From contig JAQGDQ010000001.1 in NCBI GenBank assembly GCA_030141605.1, positions 2,046,001-2,110,000 of the forward strand: a DNA stretch of 64,000 nt. Reading direction: 5' to 3'. Positions 1-14,200 of the stretch are shown here, in pieces (position 1 is the stretch's first letter; every line of letters starts with the position of its first letter). The position numbers and the translations under genes are program-made. The stretch is from Tubiluchus corallicola (Eukaryota > Animalia > Priapulida). The notes beneath the pieces are model-generated. The model did no database searches and was not told where the DNA came from. It worked only from the letters and a program-made list of their open reading frames with translations.

Positions 1-99
1 CTGTAATAATAAATAACCACACGCTTCATCATACTGTGAATAGCCTAGGATGCTTGACCTGCAGAAAATGAAAATGTAACAAAACTATTAGCAGCGCTA

Positions 100-1480
100 T
101 TAATAACAATAATAATAATAATTTTATTGCCTAAAATTTATATAAAAATGCTCTTTGGCGTATAAACACTTAAAATTTTCAAGAAATCTAGGTACAATAT
201 TTTTAAGAAAGACAACAATTACCTATAAACATAAAAGACTAACTCTACTACATTATGCAGACACAAATTAAAATGACAAAAAGTTAAAATGCTTCTAAAA
301 TTTTCATTTGACGTTTAAAAATAGCAATACTTCCGGAGTTTTTTGTCTCATCTGATAGCGCATTCCATAAACGAGGGACAGCACTGGAAAGTTATCTATC
401 TCTAGCTGAAACAAGACCAATTCCAAGTTGTACAAAAGTGTTAGTATCAGATGATCTTAGTCGGCGTGATGGTGTGTACTTTTGTAAAAGCTCGGACGAA
501 TAACTGGGAGCTAGTCCATTCATGCATTTGTAGGTAAGAAGAAGAATTTTAAATTTAATGCTTTGACGGACTGGAAGCCAATGTAAGTCCATGAAAATGG
601 GTGTTATATGACAGAATTTCTTGCTGTGGGTCAGTACGCGAGTTGAAGCATTTTGGACTCTTGGAAGTTTCTGAATAATATAGCAATCCGATACCACATA
701 GATGCGATCATCCAAGATCGGACCATCCAAGATGCGATTTCTTTACTACACTTTTCAAGTTTAATTTTAGTGCCATATTCAGAAGCAGGATCATTTGGCT
801 GAATCGAGATGTAAAATGGCTATCATCAGCATAGAAGTGGTACTCTAACCCAAATTTAAGTATCAGACCGTCTAGTGGTAAGACTTAAATTGCATATAGC
901 ATGGGGCCTAGAAAAGACCCTTGGGACGTACCACGAGGCCTTTCTAATGTAGACGAATTTACATTATTTAATCGAATACAATGTGACCGATTAGTCATAT
1001 ACGGATGAAACCAATATAACACCGTTCCTGAAAATTCTAGATGGCTCTGGAGACTATGCAGTAGTTTTTGGTGATCAATCGTATGAAAGACCGCACTAAT
1101 ATCTAGTTGTGCTAGACAAACTTACTAGTTTCTTATCAATAGCCAATAAGATGTCGTTTTGAATGCAAAGCAATGGAGTTTCGATACTGCAATGTTCGCG
1201 AAAAGCAGACTGAATTTTTTCACTGATATTATTAACGATTAAATGATTGAGTAGTTGAGTTGTTATCACACATTCAATTGTCTTAGACAGAAATGACAAG
1301 GTAGATACTGGGCGATAATTAGCCAGGTTATCTGGATCAAGATTGTACTTCCTTAATAGTGACTTGACTACTGCTTGTTTTAATGACGAAGGAAATATAC
1401 CAGACTAAATTGATGAGTTTACAATTTGCGAGATAGATGATGCAAGGTAAGGCAGATTAAGTCGTATCAGACGTAAGTCT
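100..1480 (-). mobile_element. 5'-truncated, degenerate L2/CR1-group LINE (reverse transcriptase and 3' end)
   Basis: Broken ORF2 fragments: FLSKTIE..., QSAFR..HS.ET.L, G.SQGS.LGP, ADD, VQN...HITPI..LHWLPV...FKILLLTYK..NGLAPSY. AATAAA + (TTA)n tail on the - strand at ~100-130. Confidence 0.88.
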
Positions 1481-1610
1481 GTAGTGTGTCTGAGATGTAC
1501 GTGAAGTTTAATCAATTTTTTGCCGGTTTGGCTCATTGTGTATGCATGGTGAAATTTACTATCACACTTTTTTGAGGGCGTACAATTTTATTTTAAAGCT
1601 TACTTATAAA

Positions 1611-2270
1611 CAGTGGCGTAACGCCCATTGGACAAGGCTGGACAAATGCCAGGAGCCCCCGAGGTCTAGGGCCCCAAGCCTGACCCTAAAAAATGCACCT
1701 TACAAACATTATTAATTTGGTATAAAAACGCCTAATAATTCTGGCAACCAACAGAGAACCGACTTCGATTCCGCAATGTTGCCATTCTTAGGGATTTTTC
1801 CCTAGATCTAGGGATCTGGACTGTGTCCTATGGATCTAGGCCTATATGGATGGATGATAAAAAACGAGAAATCTAGGGATAGTTGACACAATGACATAAA
1901 AGTTTGTCGCTGTTGGCTATTGAGAGTGATGCTGCTCAGAAGATAGACATTGACAATATTATAGACAAGTTTGCCAACACTAAGGCTCGATCAGCAAAAT
2001 TTATGTAGTTCAATTGCATTCCGAGATTTCTACTTGACATACACTGTGTATGCGTTACTAGTTGCCTTATTTCTATTTTGGTGTATCTAACGCAAAACAA
2101 TTTGCTATAATAATAAAGTTCGATTTCGCTTTTCATTTAATCATTTTTTGTGTTTTATAATTAATAATTCCATTACTTCAACATTTTTTTTTACAAAATT
2201 AAAAATGGGGTTGATATGGGGCCCTTCATTCAATTTGTCCAAGGGCCCCAGCCTAGTTGTTACGCCACTG
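1611..2270 (+). mobile_element. Non-autonomous hAT (Tip100-like) DNA transposon
   Basis: TIRs cagtggcgtaac / gttacgccactg; 6/8-matching flanks cttataaa / cctataag; internal hAT C-terminal remnant LSLLAIESD...IDIDNIIDKFANTKAR at ~1900-2008. Confidence 0.85.
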
Positions 2271-2568
2271 CCTATAAGTAGATGGACACATTTTTTCTTG
2301 TCTAAAATAAAAGTCACGTTCATTAACGTTGCAAATCCATTACTGTATCCACTTGGTGGCGATCAAAGTGACATTTTCGTACTTTTCGGCAGTGGCACTC
2401 TAACGGCATGATAGTTCGGTACTTACAGTATAATGTGCTGGCTGAGGTGAAAAGACATACGCACCTCCAGGGTGCGCCACTCACGAACCAAAAACGTATT
2501 TTTAATCTTATTGACAAGACACACTAATTTAAAATTTTACTTAGCTAGTCTATATATTAATATTCTTG

Positions 2569-2569
<1 letters not shown>

Positions 2570-2598
<29 letters not shown>
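2570..2598. repeat. (TA)n microsatellite
   Basis: Direct reading. Confidence 0.9.
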
Positions 2599-2599
<1 letters not shown>

Positions 2600-2829
2600 T
2601 TCGAGGCTACAGCTTCGACGACGGCACCATTTGCGGCGATCTATACATCAAACAAAAGGTCTCGATCTAGTGTCGTCTCATTGAGGATTTATTTTTCGAA
2701 TGGGGCCCACCGGGAGGAACGGGGGGCAAAAATATTGTATTAATAAACAAAAATTGGCGGGTGTAAGAAAAGTATCGTTTTCAAAGTCACCAAAAGATGT
2801 CGCTAAAACGTTACAATCAACTGCTAATG

Positions 2830-2981
2830 AAATTATTCCGCGGTTTGTTTTTTTATGACACAGCCTACACACACATGATGACGCGCTTGCCGGCTGTAAA
2901 CAAAACGATTTTGGCTCGAGCCTTGGATTGTTGGAGCTTGTGGCAATGTTCAGCATTTATTATTAACAACGTTTTGAAAGC
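2830..2981 (+). promoter_or_regulatory. Probable FA2H promoter / 5' UTR region
   Basis: Locally CpG-rich stretch just upstream of the ATG; contains TGACGCG and a forkhead-like GTAAACA. TSS not determined. Confidence 0.35.
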
Positions 2982-3209
2982 ATGTCTTCGTCAGTAGGGT
3001 CGAAATCATCCCACGCTTGTGAGAAATTATTGTTAGAAAGATCTGGGAAGTTATATGACTGTTCAAAGTTTGCGGATAGGCATCCTGGTGGTAGGAAAGT
3101 TTTACAGTGTTTCAACGGGAAAGATGTCACCGGTATCATGCGAGCTAAGCCCCATAGACATAGCAAACCTGCGCTGTATCTCATGGAATCATACAAAAAT
3201 TCCGGAAGT
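2982..3209 (+). CDS. FA2H: FA2H exon 1: cytochrome b5 heme-binding domain (only copy seen)
   Basis: MSSS...[49 protein letters not shown]; donor AGT|gtgagt at 3209/3210, phase 0. Confidence 0.92.
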
Positions 3210-6200
3210 GTGAGTATACTTAAGTTTGATTTCGTTTTTTTTCTCCAGTACTCTCCAACAGCGAATAGAAACTGCCGATTTATGAGATACTTAAGTACAT
3301 GAATGAAGATAATCGTGTTTTGTGTGAAAACTGTATCTAAACCGCATTTTTAGGCGGGTGTCACACAGATAGGATCCATAATTCTAAGGCGTAAGCCTTG
3401 AGAAGAAGAAGTCGCCTTATATTATAACGAATATGCACTGCATGTCCTGTCACACAGATGACCCATTTACCATATTTTGCCGCCTACCGCAAGGCATTTG
3501 CCACAAGCTGCAGTACGCTCTTTACAAGCCATTTTGAGCAGTTCATAAGGCACCTTATCATGAAATCAATTTGGCCATTAATTTCATTTGCCATAAGGCG
3601 TGTTTTTGCATGTTACTAACATGAAAATTAGTGTAACTACACTTTTTCCATACACAACTCATTTATATTATAACAATTCATAACACTGATGTAACATAAA
3701 CATTAAAAAGTATTTTTAATCTACACTTATTTACTTATTTTACTAACAGTACACATAAGAAACGTATACTACATGCAGGAGGCAGCATACCAGTCAATTG
3801 TATTATACAATGCATGCAATTGACAATCTGTTACTCCGTAAAAAAGACTTATTCAGCAGTGACTAATGAGTAATATTACTTAAACTGTCATTAATAAAAT
3901 TTGAAATTAGTACAAGTACAGTGTTCCCTCGCTACTTCGTTTATCGCAGACTCGCTGTTTCACGGGTTTTCAAAAATATTAATGTAAAATTTTATCGCGG
4001 TATTTTCGCTGTTTCATGGGTTTTTGCGGTACTCTGTCTAAACGAGTTTTGCATATGCGTAGTACGTATTGTACAGTAATGTATAGATTTGATGAAGTTT
4101 GCATAAAAATCACAAAATGTGTAAAAGTGTATTAAAAATATTAATTCTAACAGTAAAAGAATATTATAAATCATTAAATCATATTAAAAATTACCATTTA
4201 CAGTAAATAGTGTATTTATTCGGCAGATGAATATACACCAAAAACGAAACATAGTACTTGCGCCCGCATGAGATACGGGAAAGGGTCGTGTATAAGAGTG
4301 TGGGGAGGGTTTATAAAGACTTAAAATAATGTATAACTACTAAAATAAGTATAGGGTGGGCCTGAAATGGAACACCTGCGATAAGTGAGGGAACACTGTA
4401 TTTGATAATAAACCGTTCTAACCTATTAACACATTTTCTAGTCGTCTGTATGTGAACATGAAACAAACTTCCCATAAATTTCTAAGCTTACAGTGAGGCT
4501 TGTTTACTCTACTAAGTTACATCTTGCTATAAATTTATAGATTATATTAAACAATTAATATAATAACTGTTATGTAGTACCTATTAAACTACAGTATGTG
4601 TTACATTAAAATGTAGTAGTTTTGTGTCTTCCACCAAAAAACAGGTTATGGCGAAATGCCTTATTAGTCACACAGAGTAAGGCGCATACTGCGGATTACG
4701 ATGTGCACCTTTGGAAGATGGAAAACGCCTTATAGTTACAGATTATGGATTATGTCTTGCCTTTTCTGTGTGACACGGGCCTTACAGTCCACTCCTGAGT
4801 CATTCAAAGAAACTATTCAAACCCTATGCAAGAACTAACTGTAACAGGACATTCTTTTCGCATCGTATAGTGGACATGTGGAATAGTTTACCATCTAGAG
4901 AGTGTTGTCAGAGCGCCAAATTTAAACCTTTGTAAGGAGAGATTGAAGGTTTCAAGATAGCTATGCTTTAGGAAGTCAGTATTTTTATGAAAGTTTATGA
5001 AGGTTCTTACTGTATTAAATTTCTTTTACTTCATGGGAACAATGCAATTTTTATGAACAAATTAGCCTGCACATATATTTTTTTGAGATGCTGCCTATGA
5101 GCTGTAGTTGTTACTTGGATGCATGGATGAAATCCAAGTTACACACTAGATTGCAAATTCATACAAACTACATTTATGGTTAAAGAAGGAGCACTGTTAG
5201 TTTTTGATTTAGAATTCCAAAAAAATAATGCACTTATTATACTCACCGACTTAACAAGTCAAAACCAGCAACACAAAGAGACTGCCCTCGCGCAAGAGGC
5301 AAAATTCCTAAAATGCCTAAATCCCACAAACATAAACTGCTCATCTGTAATCTATGTATAGTTTATTACTAATTGATTATCACCTCTGTCCCATCAACAG
5401 CATTCAGCAGTACAACAATAACATTTGATTCAACAGTATGAAAGTAATTCATCATTGCACTATGGCAAATAAATGATACCTTGGGCTGTACATATGTTTG
5501 TCACTGTGTAAATACACAGATATAACTGTTAACTTTTTCTATAAGAAAACTTACAAATCTAAGTGAAATTATGCTATTTTCAATCTATTTTTGATATAAC
5601 AATACAAACTATAAAAAGACATTTGATTGTGCCCATCTTTCTTATACCTTCTAATAGAAGTACTTTTATAGTAAAACAGAACAGTGTTGTCCATATTAGG
5701 TTTATGCTTATGGGTCCAAGTGCAAGTCGCAGTGTCTTACAGTGCTTACGTTTTTTTTAAATACTGTATCAACAAAGTTACACAAATTAAACTTAGGCAT
5801 TAGCTACTTGGCATTTTGTCAAGGAAAGTAGGTTTGATAAATTTGGCATCTAGTTACATCAAAATGGACATAGCTGAGAGTTAGAAGTGACTCATGTATA
5901 TGCGTGTGCGTGTACGTGCGCGTGTGCGTATGTGTAAGCTACTACCAGAATCAGACCTAATAAATTGCATATGCTGCTATTTGCTAACATCATATTCTGC
6001 GATCATTACGCTTCCAGCATTCTTCATCTAATCTTTATCATCAACCACATTCGCCAATGCCGTCAACGCCACTCGGCCAGACCGTCTTGCATCTCTTCAC
6101 TCGCTATTGTTATTATTGCAGTAGTATGAAATAAATAAATATGTGTGTGCATGTCGTCATGCTCGGTCGTACTAGCTCGCACTAGTTTCACATTTCGCGT

Positions 6201-8211
6201 TTCTCCTGAATCTCTCCCAAAAGTACCTTAAATTCTGTAAAGTTGTCTTTTCAAAAATGTTTTCAGTGTAAAGGTTTTGTGATATCGCGTTCCTCTTTGG
6301 CAAGCAATAGTGTCAGACCCAACATCGACTGTGATCGCAAGACATTGAAGATTAATGGATGGTTTTACATTGGATGTGGAAACACGTGAGGTGGAATATC
6401 TCATTACTTGCCTCATTTAAAAATGAGTCCTTGAGCGTGTAGTTATTTACTCTCGGGTTTATCCAAACTACTGTGGCTTTGCTTCCTACTATTGATTTGT
6501 AGATTTGTGATGGCAAATTTGTATCCGAACACACATCAATCTTGCAAACGGACTTACGTTACCTAGCAAATGTCGGGGCACCTCTGTTGTCGATTTTTAT
6601 AGCTGTATATTATGCATCTTTATAATAATCTTTGACAAGACCCTGGTATTGATTTTCTATCATCAATTTCATGTACTCTAATAATAACGCTACATAGATT
6701 TATGATCAACAATTGCAGAGCTATGATTAAAAAGCATCGTACCATCGTAAAAACTATGGTAGACTAGCAAATGTGGCGATTGCATCAAATTGTCAGTGAT
6801 TTAATAATAACTTTGCTGACTGGCAAATTAGTATCTTACTTTGACCGCGTGTGTCATTTTGTAAATATAACCTGTGCAAACATGATATGCGACAAATATT
6901 ACCTATTGCCTAGATCAAATACCCTGAAATATCTGAAGTAAATCATTGACGGTTACTGATACTGTGGGGGGGGGGGGCGTGATGTCTGCTACTGATTACA
7001 CAAGACCTACAGAACTATACTAACATAACGAACTAATCAATAATGTAAGATCTATGATAATAATGATCAATTTGCCTGTTGCGAGATGCGTGAGTATTAC
7101 TTAAAGACAACATGCACACTGCTGCACGCTGTATATATAATTTATATATATATAATTAGTAATTAACATTTATAACTAATGTCTGTGTACAAAAAGTCAA
7201 ATAATATAACATTTAGTTGATTAGCAGATTTAGCAACATCTCTTTTACTTCGTTATCGCAAAAGCCCTGTAGTGTTTAGTCACCAATTAAGTGTCCAGAA
7301 GTGTTCACAGCACAAAATCGATTTCACTAAAACTAGCAACACTCCTAAACTTAATGAATTAACGAGCATACGATTCTTTCCCATTGATGTTATGCCTGTA
7401 TTATCATTTGAAATAGACAAGTTTCTCATGATCTCATTGTCTTGCATAACTTTTATACGATTGTACAACGTTTGCATAACCGGGAATAGTAATATACTAG
7501 AAACGCAATGAGTTATACTTGAATGTGAATTATTTGGAATATCTAAAATCCGACGAAAAGTGTTCCTTAATCCTATAGCTAGAGATTTAACACTCTTGCC
7601 TGATAACTCAAGTATAGAGCTACCATAGAACGAGGTTCAGAATGGCCAAAAGAGCTTGAGAGTCACGCGTTTATTTTTAACTGAAAATAACTTAATCTGA
7701 AAATGCATACAGGGAAATTTACTGATTTGATAAAATCATTCTGAGATCTAGCAATATCAGGCTGTTGAACGAGATTGTTAGTTAACTTGTGCGCTAAATA
7801 GTGATAATACTGTGCCATTTTAGCTTCCCACTAATATATATTTCAGGCATGTCGACACAATTATATTTTCCGAATATTATCCCTTTGGATTTCGCAGTAT
7901 TGAAGCACATATCACGACTATTTGCATATACTGCACAGATATTAAGTGTTTTCCTAAGGCCGGTTGCAGACGGGGAAAGGGGAGTTGCATAACCCAACGC
8001 CCCCAACCCCCAACCGTAAACATGTTTAGCAGATGACAACCATACTTAGATTTTTAAAGATTGATTAAAAGGTCACTCATTAACATAAATTGTGAACAGG
8101 GCCTATTTCAGGGGAGGGGGGGTAAGTGGGGATACTTCCCCGGGGCCTCACCCTCCAGGGGGGCCTCTCGCCGAAGTAACTTTTTTTTGGTTTATGCGAA
8201 CATACTGCCTC

Positions 8212-8253
<42 letters not shown>

Positions 8254-11200
8254 CGCACGCGCGCCGTTTGCCTTGTATGGCTCGGTGCGATGTTCAGCTG
8301 TTTTCAATTTCGGAATTTCTAACACCTGCTTGTACGGAAGTGAGAGCACGGTATTACATATTGCAAAGATGTTGTTTTTGATTTGACTATTTGACAAGTA
8401 TTAAGGACTGGTCTTGAGAATAAAGCAGTTTTTCTTTCAATTGTTCTTTCCTTTAACAACTGTATAACTTCATATTTTCTCTTCGAAAATGCTTCTCCGG
8501 CATTCTAGCAGTTCAAAAATTTTTTGGGCGCCAACTATGGTGGCGCCCGCCCTGATTTATAAACACAACATAGAAATACTAATATTGCACTGGTTTTTTA
8601 ATTTAGACATTAAAGCTGCGATGTTTACTCTGTCAAATGCTTTAGAAAATAATAAACAACAGTAAACTTTAGACTTTTTTCATGACAGTATTTTAACCGT
8701 ATCTTCGAGTATGAGGTTATGACAGGGTAGATTAACATGCTGTACAACGTTTACCCAAGCCAAGAATTCCTTTGCAGAAGTGTACGTTCACAAGACTCTT
8801 CCTCTTTCTCTATAAACTATCTAGCCAGCGTACATCCAAATAAACAATAACTAAGCAATAAACAAAGTTGTTATTCTTGATAATATCGTAATGTTTTGGG
8901 TATTATTTCTAGATAATGGTAAAATACTGAATGCATGCAATAAAAATGCATGGGATTATCACGCGCATTAAGTAAAGTTGTTTCTTGGTTGTTGCCAGGA
9001 CCACAGACGAGGTCTACCGTGGGTCAAGTCCTATGCTCCTATGTTTACATGTACTACGGCATTTTTGTCTCCGGCACGTAGAACACTTGGCTTTCTCCAA
9101 ACTCCTACCACTGCCAAATCATGTTACATGTTATTGTATTTACATTATTTTGGCAAGTATTTTGAACTGTCATAGACTCTAAACCTACAAAGGGCAAAAG
9201 TTCAGCGTGCTTCTTTAGCACATTCAGATTCCTAAATGGTTGTTAGACGTTATTAATGTTCTGATGTATTGTATTATACTATAGTTACATGAATGTCCAG
9301 CTTTATGTTCATAAAACTACATGTAATTGTATTTCTTGAAGACTGTGCGTAATTGATTAATTACTACATGGATACTGGTGTTACGTCTCCAGCTATATCG
9401 CGTCCTTACTTTCCTATAAAATTAATATGTCATAAGATAATTCTATAAAGGCAACTTGTAATCAACGTTTTATAACGTAATCGTATAAAACAGCCAGTAA
9501 TTAACGAACAGTGATCCACTTTTAGTTCACACATTTGACCACGCCAACATTAGTGCTATCAGTGTTATTGGCGCCTGCATTGAAGCCAACTTTTCCGACA
9601 AATTGATAAATGTAAATATTGTCTGTATTTCTGTGTACGAATTTCCTATTATTCACACAGAGCCCTGTGTGTTGGGTGCCAAAAAATCGTTCTTGCCATA
9701 TCGACAAACATACCTACGTGCAGCTATACCGGGGGTAAGGGCGTTAAATAACATAAAATAACGGTAATAACCTGATTTTCGTGAGCACATAATCTTGATA
9801 AAAATCGTTTATTGCAGATGACTCTTATAAAATGACATTATGTACACATTTTTTCAATATTCGAGCCGCAGGCTTATTGGTTTAGTCACAGCTTATCATC
9901 TGCTGTACGTTACTTGATCTTTGTCACTTGTACCTGATTCACATTAGGGTGCAAAAGAAGCCCAACGAAGACACTTTTCTGGCACCTGACTACATTATGG
10001 TATTCACGAAGATAATTAACTCCTTTATCTAAAAAGCATTCATACTGGAGACCATTATCGTAATGTTGTTCACCGTTACTCCAGAAAATGTATTTACCAT
10101 ACATTGTACAAAATCTCAAATATGAAAGAAAACTAAAATAAAAAATGCAGTCACATGGTATAACCTTTCACATTGCAAAATAACATTCATTGATAAAATA
10201 GTAAAATACTCTATAGGATTTACATTTCTACGGGACATGGTTTATATAGAATTTTCTGAGTCTAAGAACGTATATGTCTATGTTGATGAAAGCGTTCTTA
10301 CGGTGTTTGGCTGCCGATCGTGTTCTAAGTTCGAAACCCACTGATGTGAGGATTTTTCGAGCCTGTTCCACTCGACTGGGACCTTTCCACCTTTCTAACT
10401 CAGCTCAGTTTGAATTCCGTGGTCTTGTACTTGGAAAAAATGCGAGTGAGTGACGGGCCAATTACCTTTCCTACTTATTTAACAAGGTATCGTACATAGA
10501 CTCCGGATGTATCATAGCCCGCCATCGGAAATTCGAAACCATTCTTTTTCTTCTTCGAATCTCCGATCACCATTAGTTTAGGATTTTCCTGTGGAGTTAA
10601 CTTGCGGCGTGAAATTTCTTGTGTGATTCCTGAGATTTATTCCTGTCCACACAAAGTAACCTTACTTTGAATCATCTCAAGGGTGGCTTCCATGAGGGGA
10701 ATATCTATAGCTGAAAGATAATGTATTGATCTGCAGTGTTACAGAAACGCAGTCAGTTGTACTTATTTGCTTATGGAAACTGTCAGTGACGCGTAAACGT
10801 GATTGTAAACAAACATATATGTTATTCATTCATTCACAAGTGTTATTATGACTGCTAACTAAATACGATTGTACAGACGTATAGACATTTGATAAGAAAT
10901 CGCATATCTGTAGGCCAATACAAATGGAAAGTGCAGTCATTATGTACTAAATTAAACAATAACTTAGCTAGCTGTGACATAATTACATTTGAATCCCGAG
11001 GTAATAAAGACTGATGTTTACTTTTTGCTTTATTACAAAAAGTTTTGAAACCAACGTTAAATTTAAATATCATTTTCCATTTTTTGTAACACATTTATAA
11101 GGCGTTAGTCGTTAATGTATTTATAATATGCGGTATTCGGGGTTCGGGATAGAATCGGGGTTCTGGTCGGGATTAACTTAATATGCCTCAAAACCTCATC

Positions 11201-14200
11201 TGACGGGAACACAAAAGAATTTCCTTCATAGCATATGGTGTTCTCAGAAATCTTTATTTCTGTATATAAAAAACTATAGAGAATATAATAAATTTGACTG
11301 CTTTCACTGCTTACAAATGTATAATGATCTAATTATTATAATTTAAGACAACAAAAGTAAATATTACTCGCATCGTGCTTCTGTAACAACTTAATACATC
11401 CTTGGAACGCTACAAATAATTACTAAAAATTATCTAAACATTATTTAACGTTTACTGAGGCTTCTGTAAGCGTGTTTAGTGAGGCTCAACCTAATTTACT
11501 ACTTCACAGGTAAAATTACAGGTAAGTTCACACAGTTGCTGCCTCCTACATGTTGAGGCCAGAAACTGACCTTAACACCTCATATGTTCATGGTCGGAAA
11601 AGGACGAGGAATTCGGGAACGGAGCTCGTGACAGGACTGACTGCTCAGTAGCGGGGCCTGGGATTTGAGAAAAGTTCAGGATCGAAATTCACCGGGTCGG
11701 GATCATAACGATATCCATCACAAACACCCCCTTTTTATAAACATATATTCAAATTTTCAAAAGAAGAGCATTATTTTTCGACTTTGCTGTTCAAGGACTA
11801 GCCTCTCATTAGCTGTAATACATATGATGAAAATAGTCCCTATAAAGGCAAAATTGATTATTGGATTTGAGTCTGTCCGATTAAATTGCAGATAAAGTGA
11901 AATTTGAAGAGCAATTAACTTGAATGCAAGATTAGTAAGTTATACTAATGTGCAGGAAAATCTGAGCGTTATGCCCTAAAAATAAATGACGGTATATTAA
12001 TATGACGTCAGGTCTATTTTCTTTTCACTAATCGGATAAACCCTGGGTTTTGTAATGTTTATATGAGATTGTTTAAATCTTGTTATATAATTATAGTCGA
12101 TAGTCTGTTCTCTTAACGAAGAGCATAAGTAGGCTGTGTCATTGAGCAAAAATAGTGGACAAAAATTTAAGGTTATTGTGTCGTTTTGACAGAAGTTGGA
12201 ATCAGTGCTACTGCACAATGGTATGGGGAAGAATTAGTAGAAGTGATAAGTTCCCTGCTGCCAGCTAACAAAGTGCCAGCACATATTTTAAAACGACCCG
12301 ATTTCAATTCTCTGTTTTTGGCGCTAGATCAAATTGATAATCAAAATATCAGATTGCAAATTAATGTGAAGATCGTCATCAATGAAATTGAACAATAACT
12401 ATCTTTGTTATTATAATTTCGAAAAGTGTTATGAAATTCAAAAGCAATTTCACAAAAGCGTACTAGCTTTCATCATTCGCTGTCTATTGTATCGATCATT
12501 CCAAATCACGATATTAACAAATGCGTATATTTAATGAGTTTTCCCCGTAATCGCATTACCCGCAACACTAGCACTTGTAAGGAGGAACATTAAATTTGTA
12601 TTTTCATTTATTAATATAGTAGTGCTCGATGTACCTAAGAATAAAACATTTTATAAGCAATAGGCAAAGCACGTGTAAATGTTCTGTTCGTATGTTTGTA
12701 AACTTCAAAATTTTACTGTATAAAATACGAAAATTAACGTCCGATTATGGACCTCTGAGGCTTGTGTAATACTATTCCATTCTTTTCCTCCTTCCTTCCT
12801 ATTCTATTCCTTTAGCAGGCAGCTGCTAGGTTTAAATTTTAAGACTTGTCTAACCTTAAAGTACTTGAAATTTCTGCCTACGACACATGCCAAAATAAAT
12901 TACCTTTTATTTTGTAGCAGGTAAAAGGTGTTTGTCTTTGTTATAGTAGGTCAGAGAGTAGCTTTTAGTTCTTTGAGACGCATGCTATAATACCTGTTTA
13001 AAGTACAGGCTGTTTTTCTGAGAATCAGTAACTGGGATGTTCAGTGTTATCATAATAATGAGTGGCTCAGGTTTACTAAGCAAATATGACAATGGCTTGT
13101 TTTTGCAACTTTGGGTAAATATCATTTGAATGACTTCAGCCTTGAAGACTTTGTTGATGTAACTTAATTTCTTTACCAATATGTATGACAGACTGTGTTC
13201 AGACTAAATTATTTCCATCGTATTAGAAGCCTGGCTTTAGCCTAACCGAACTGCCTGTCAGTAAGTATTTTTTACCAGGAAATTCATTCTAACACCTCAG
13301 TTCTATTTTTCATCTACGATTTTACAATTTTTTGTCATCACTGGGTTTCAAAATTTTCATGGTAAGTACTCGTAAGTTGTAACCAACCCGGTTTCACGTA
13401 TTGAAAAAAGTTGTAGTACTTTTTATAACATCCCTGACTCACACAATTAACTTTATTTTTAATATCGACATAATATTACTATTGCAGTCGCATTGTGTTA
13501 ATATTCTTTACGCATTTATGTTTCCTATTGCATCACCAGTCTGGTGTGTTTTTGTGGTCACTTTATTTGGTGTAGCACTTGTTACCTGCGCATCGTTTTG
13601 TCAGATGATCGTTCCTTGGGCATTTTTCTATTTGCATTTATTCCCAGCCTTCACTTTACAGTATATCTTCTCCAGTTTTCTCAAATGCTCTATTTTCTCC
13701 ATGGACCTTCCAAACCTTCTACACATTGACCCGTCGAAAAAGCTGCGAAAACATTTTTTTCAATCATCGGGTGATGAGGCATCCATCCATACAGTTTCTG
13801 GAGTTCCTCGCCTTTGAATTATTCAAAGAAGAAACCTGACTGGAAAGTGTGAGTGTCCAATAGTTTTATTTTCGTGTTTTTATGAAATTTCTTAAAGTTT
13901 GGAGAAACTGTGATCTTGTAGTGATCTTTTATATAACAATGTTCTCTCTGGGTTCTTAACTAATGTCTTGTGAGTGTTGTGGAAACCTTTACCCTTACTA
14001 ATCCGAAGTCCCGTCTCCTGGCCTCTTTAACCTGCATTCATGGCCATGATAAGCTGGATATTTGTACTACTGGTTTGCCACCTTTAGCAAAATAACTTAT
14101 ATATAAAATAAATGTTAGTTTAATTGATTCTGAGTCTCTGAGATACGATGTCATATGTGCTGATATTTCTTCAGACTGATAAAGTGTAATCGGTAATATA

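Noticed and set aside
6240-6900. Possible LINE endonuclease remnant; similarly vague fragments at 12186-12398, 13500-13830 and 50500-50850
   Set aside because: Too degenerate to assign a family without a search.
8092-8322. HPPGG-containing ORF as a b5 remnant
   Set aside because: It is the GC-rich subterminal sequence of a MITE, with no other b5 residues.
10786-10900. Possible duplicated promoter/second b5 exon (TGACGCG..GTAAACAAA as at ~2879, followed by a YDCTD peptide)
   Set aside because: No HPGG, immediate stops and no open exon. The motifs are short and common.
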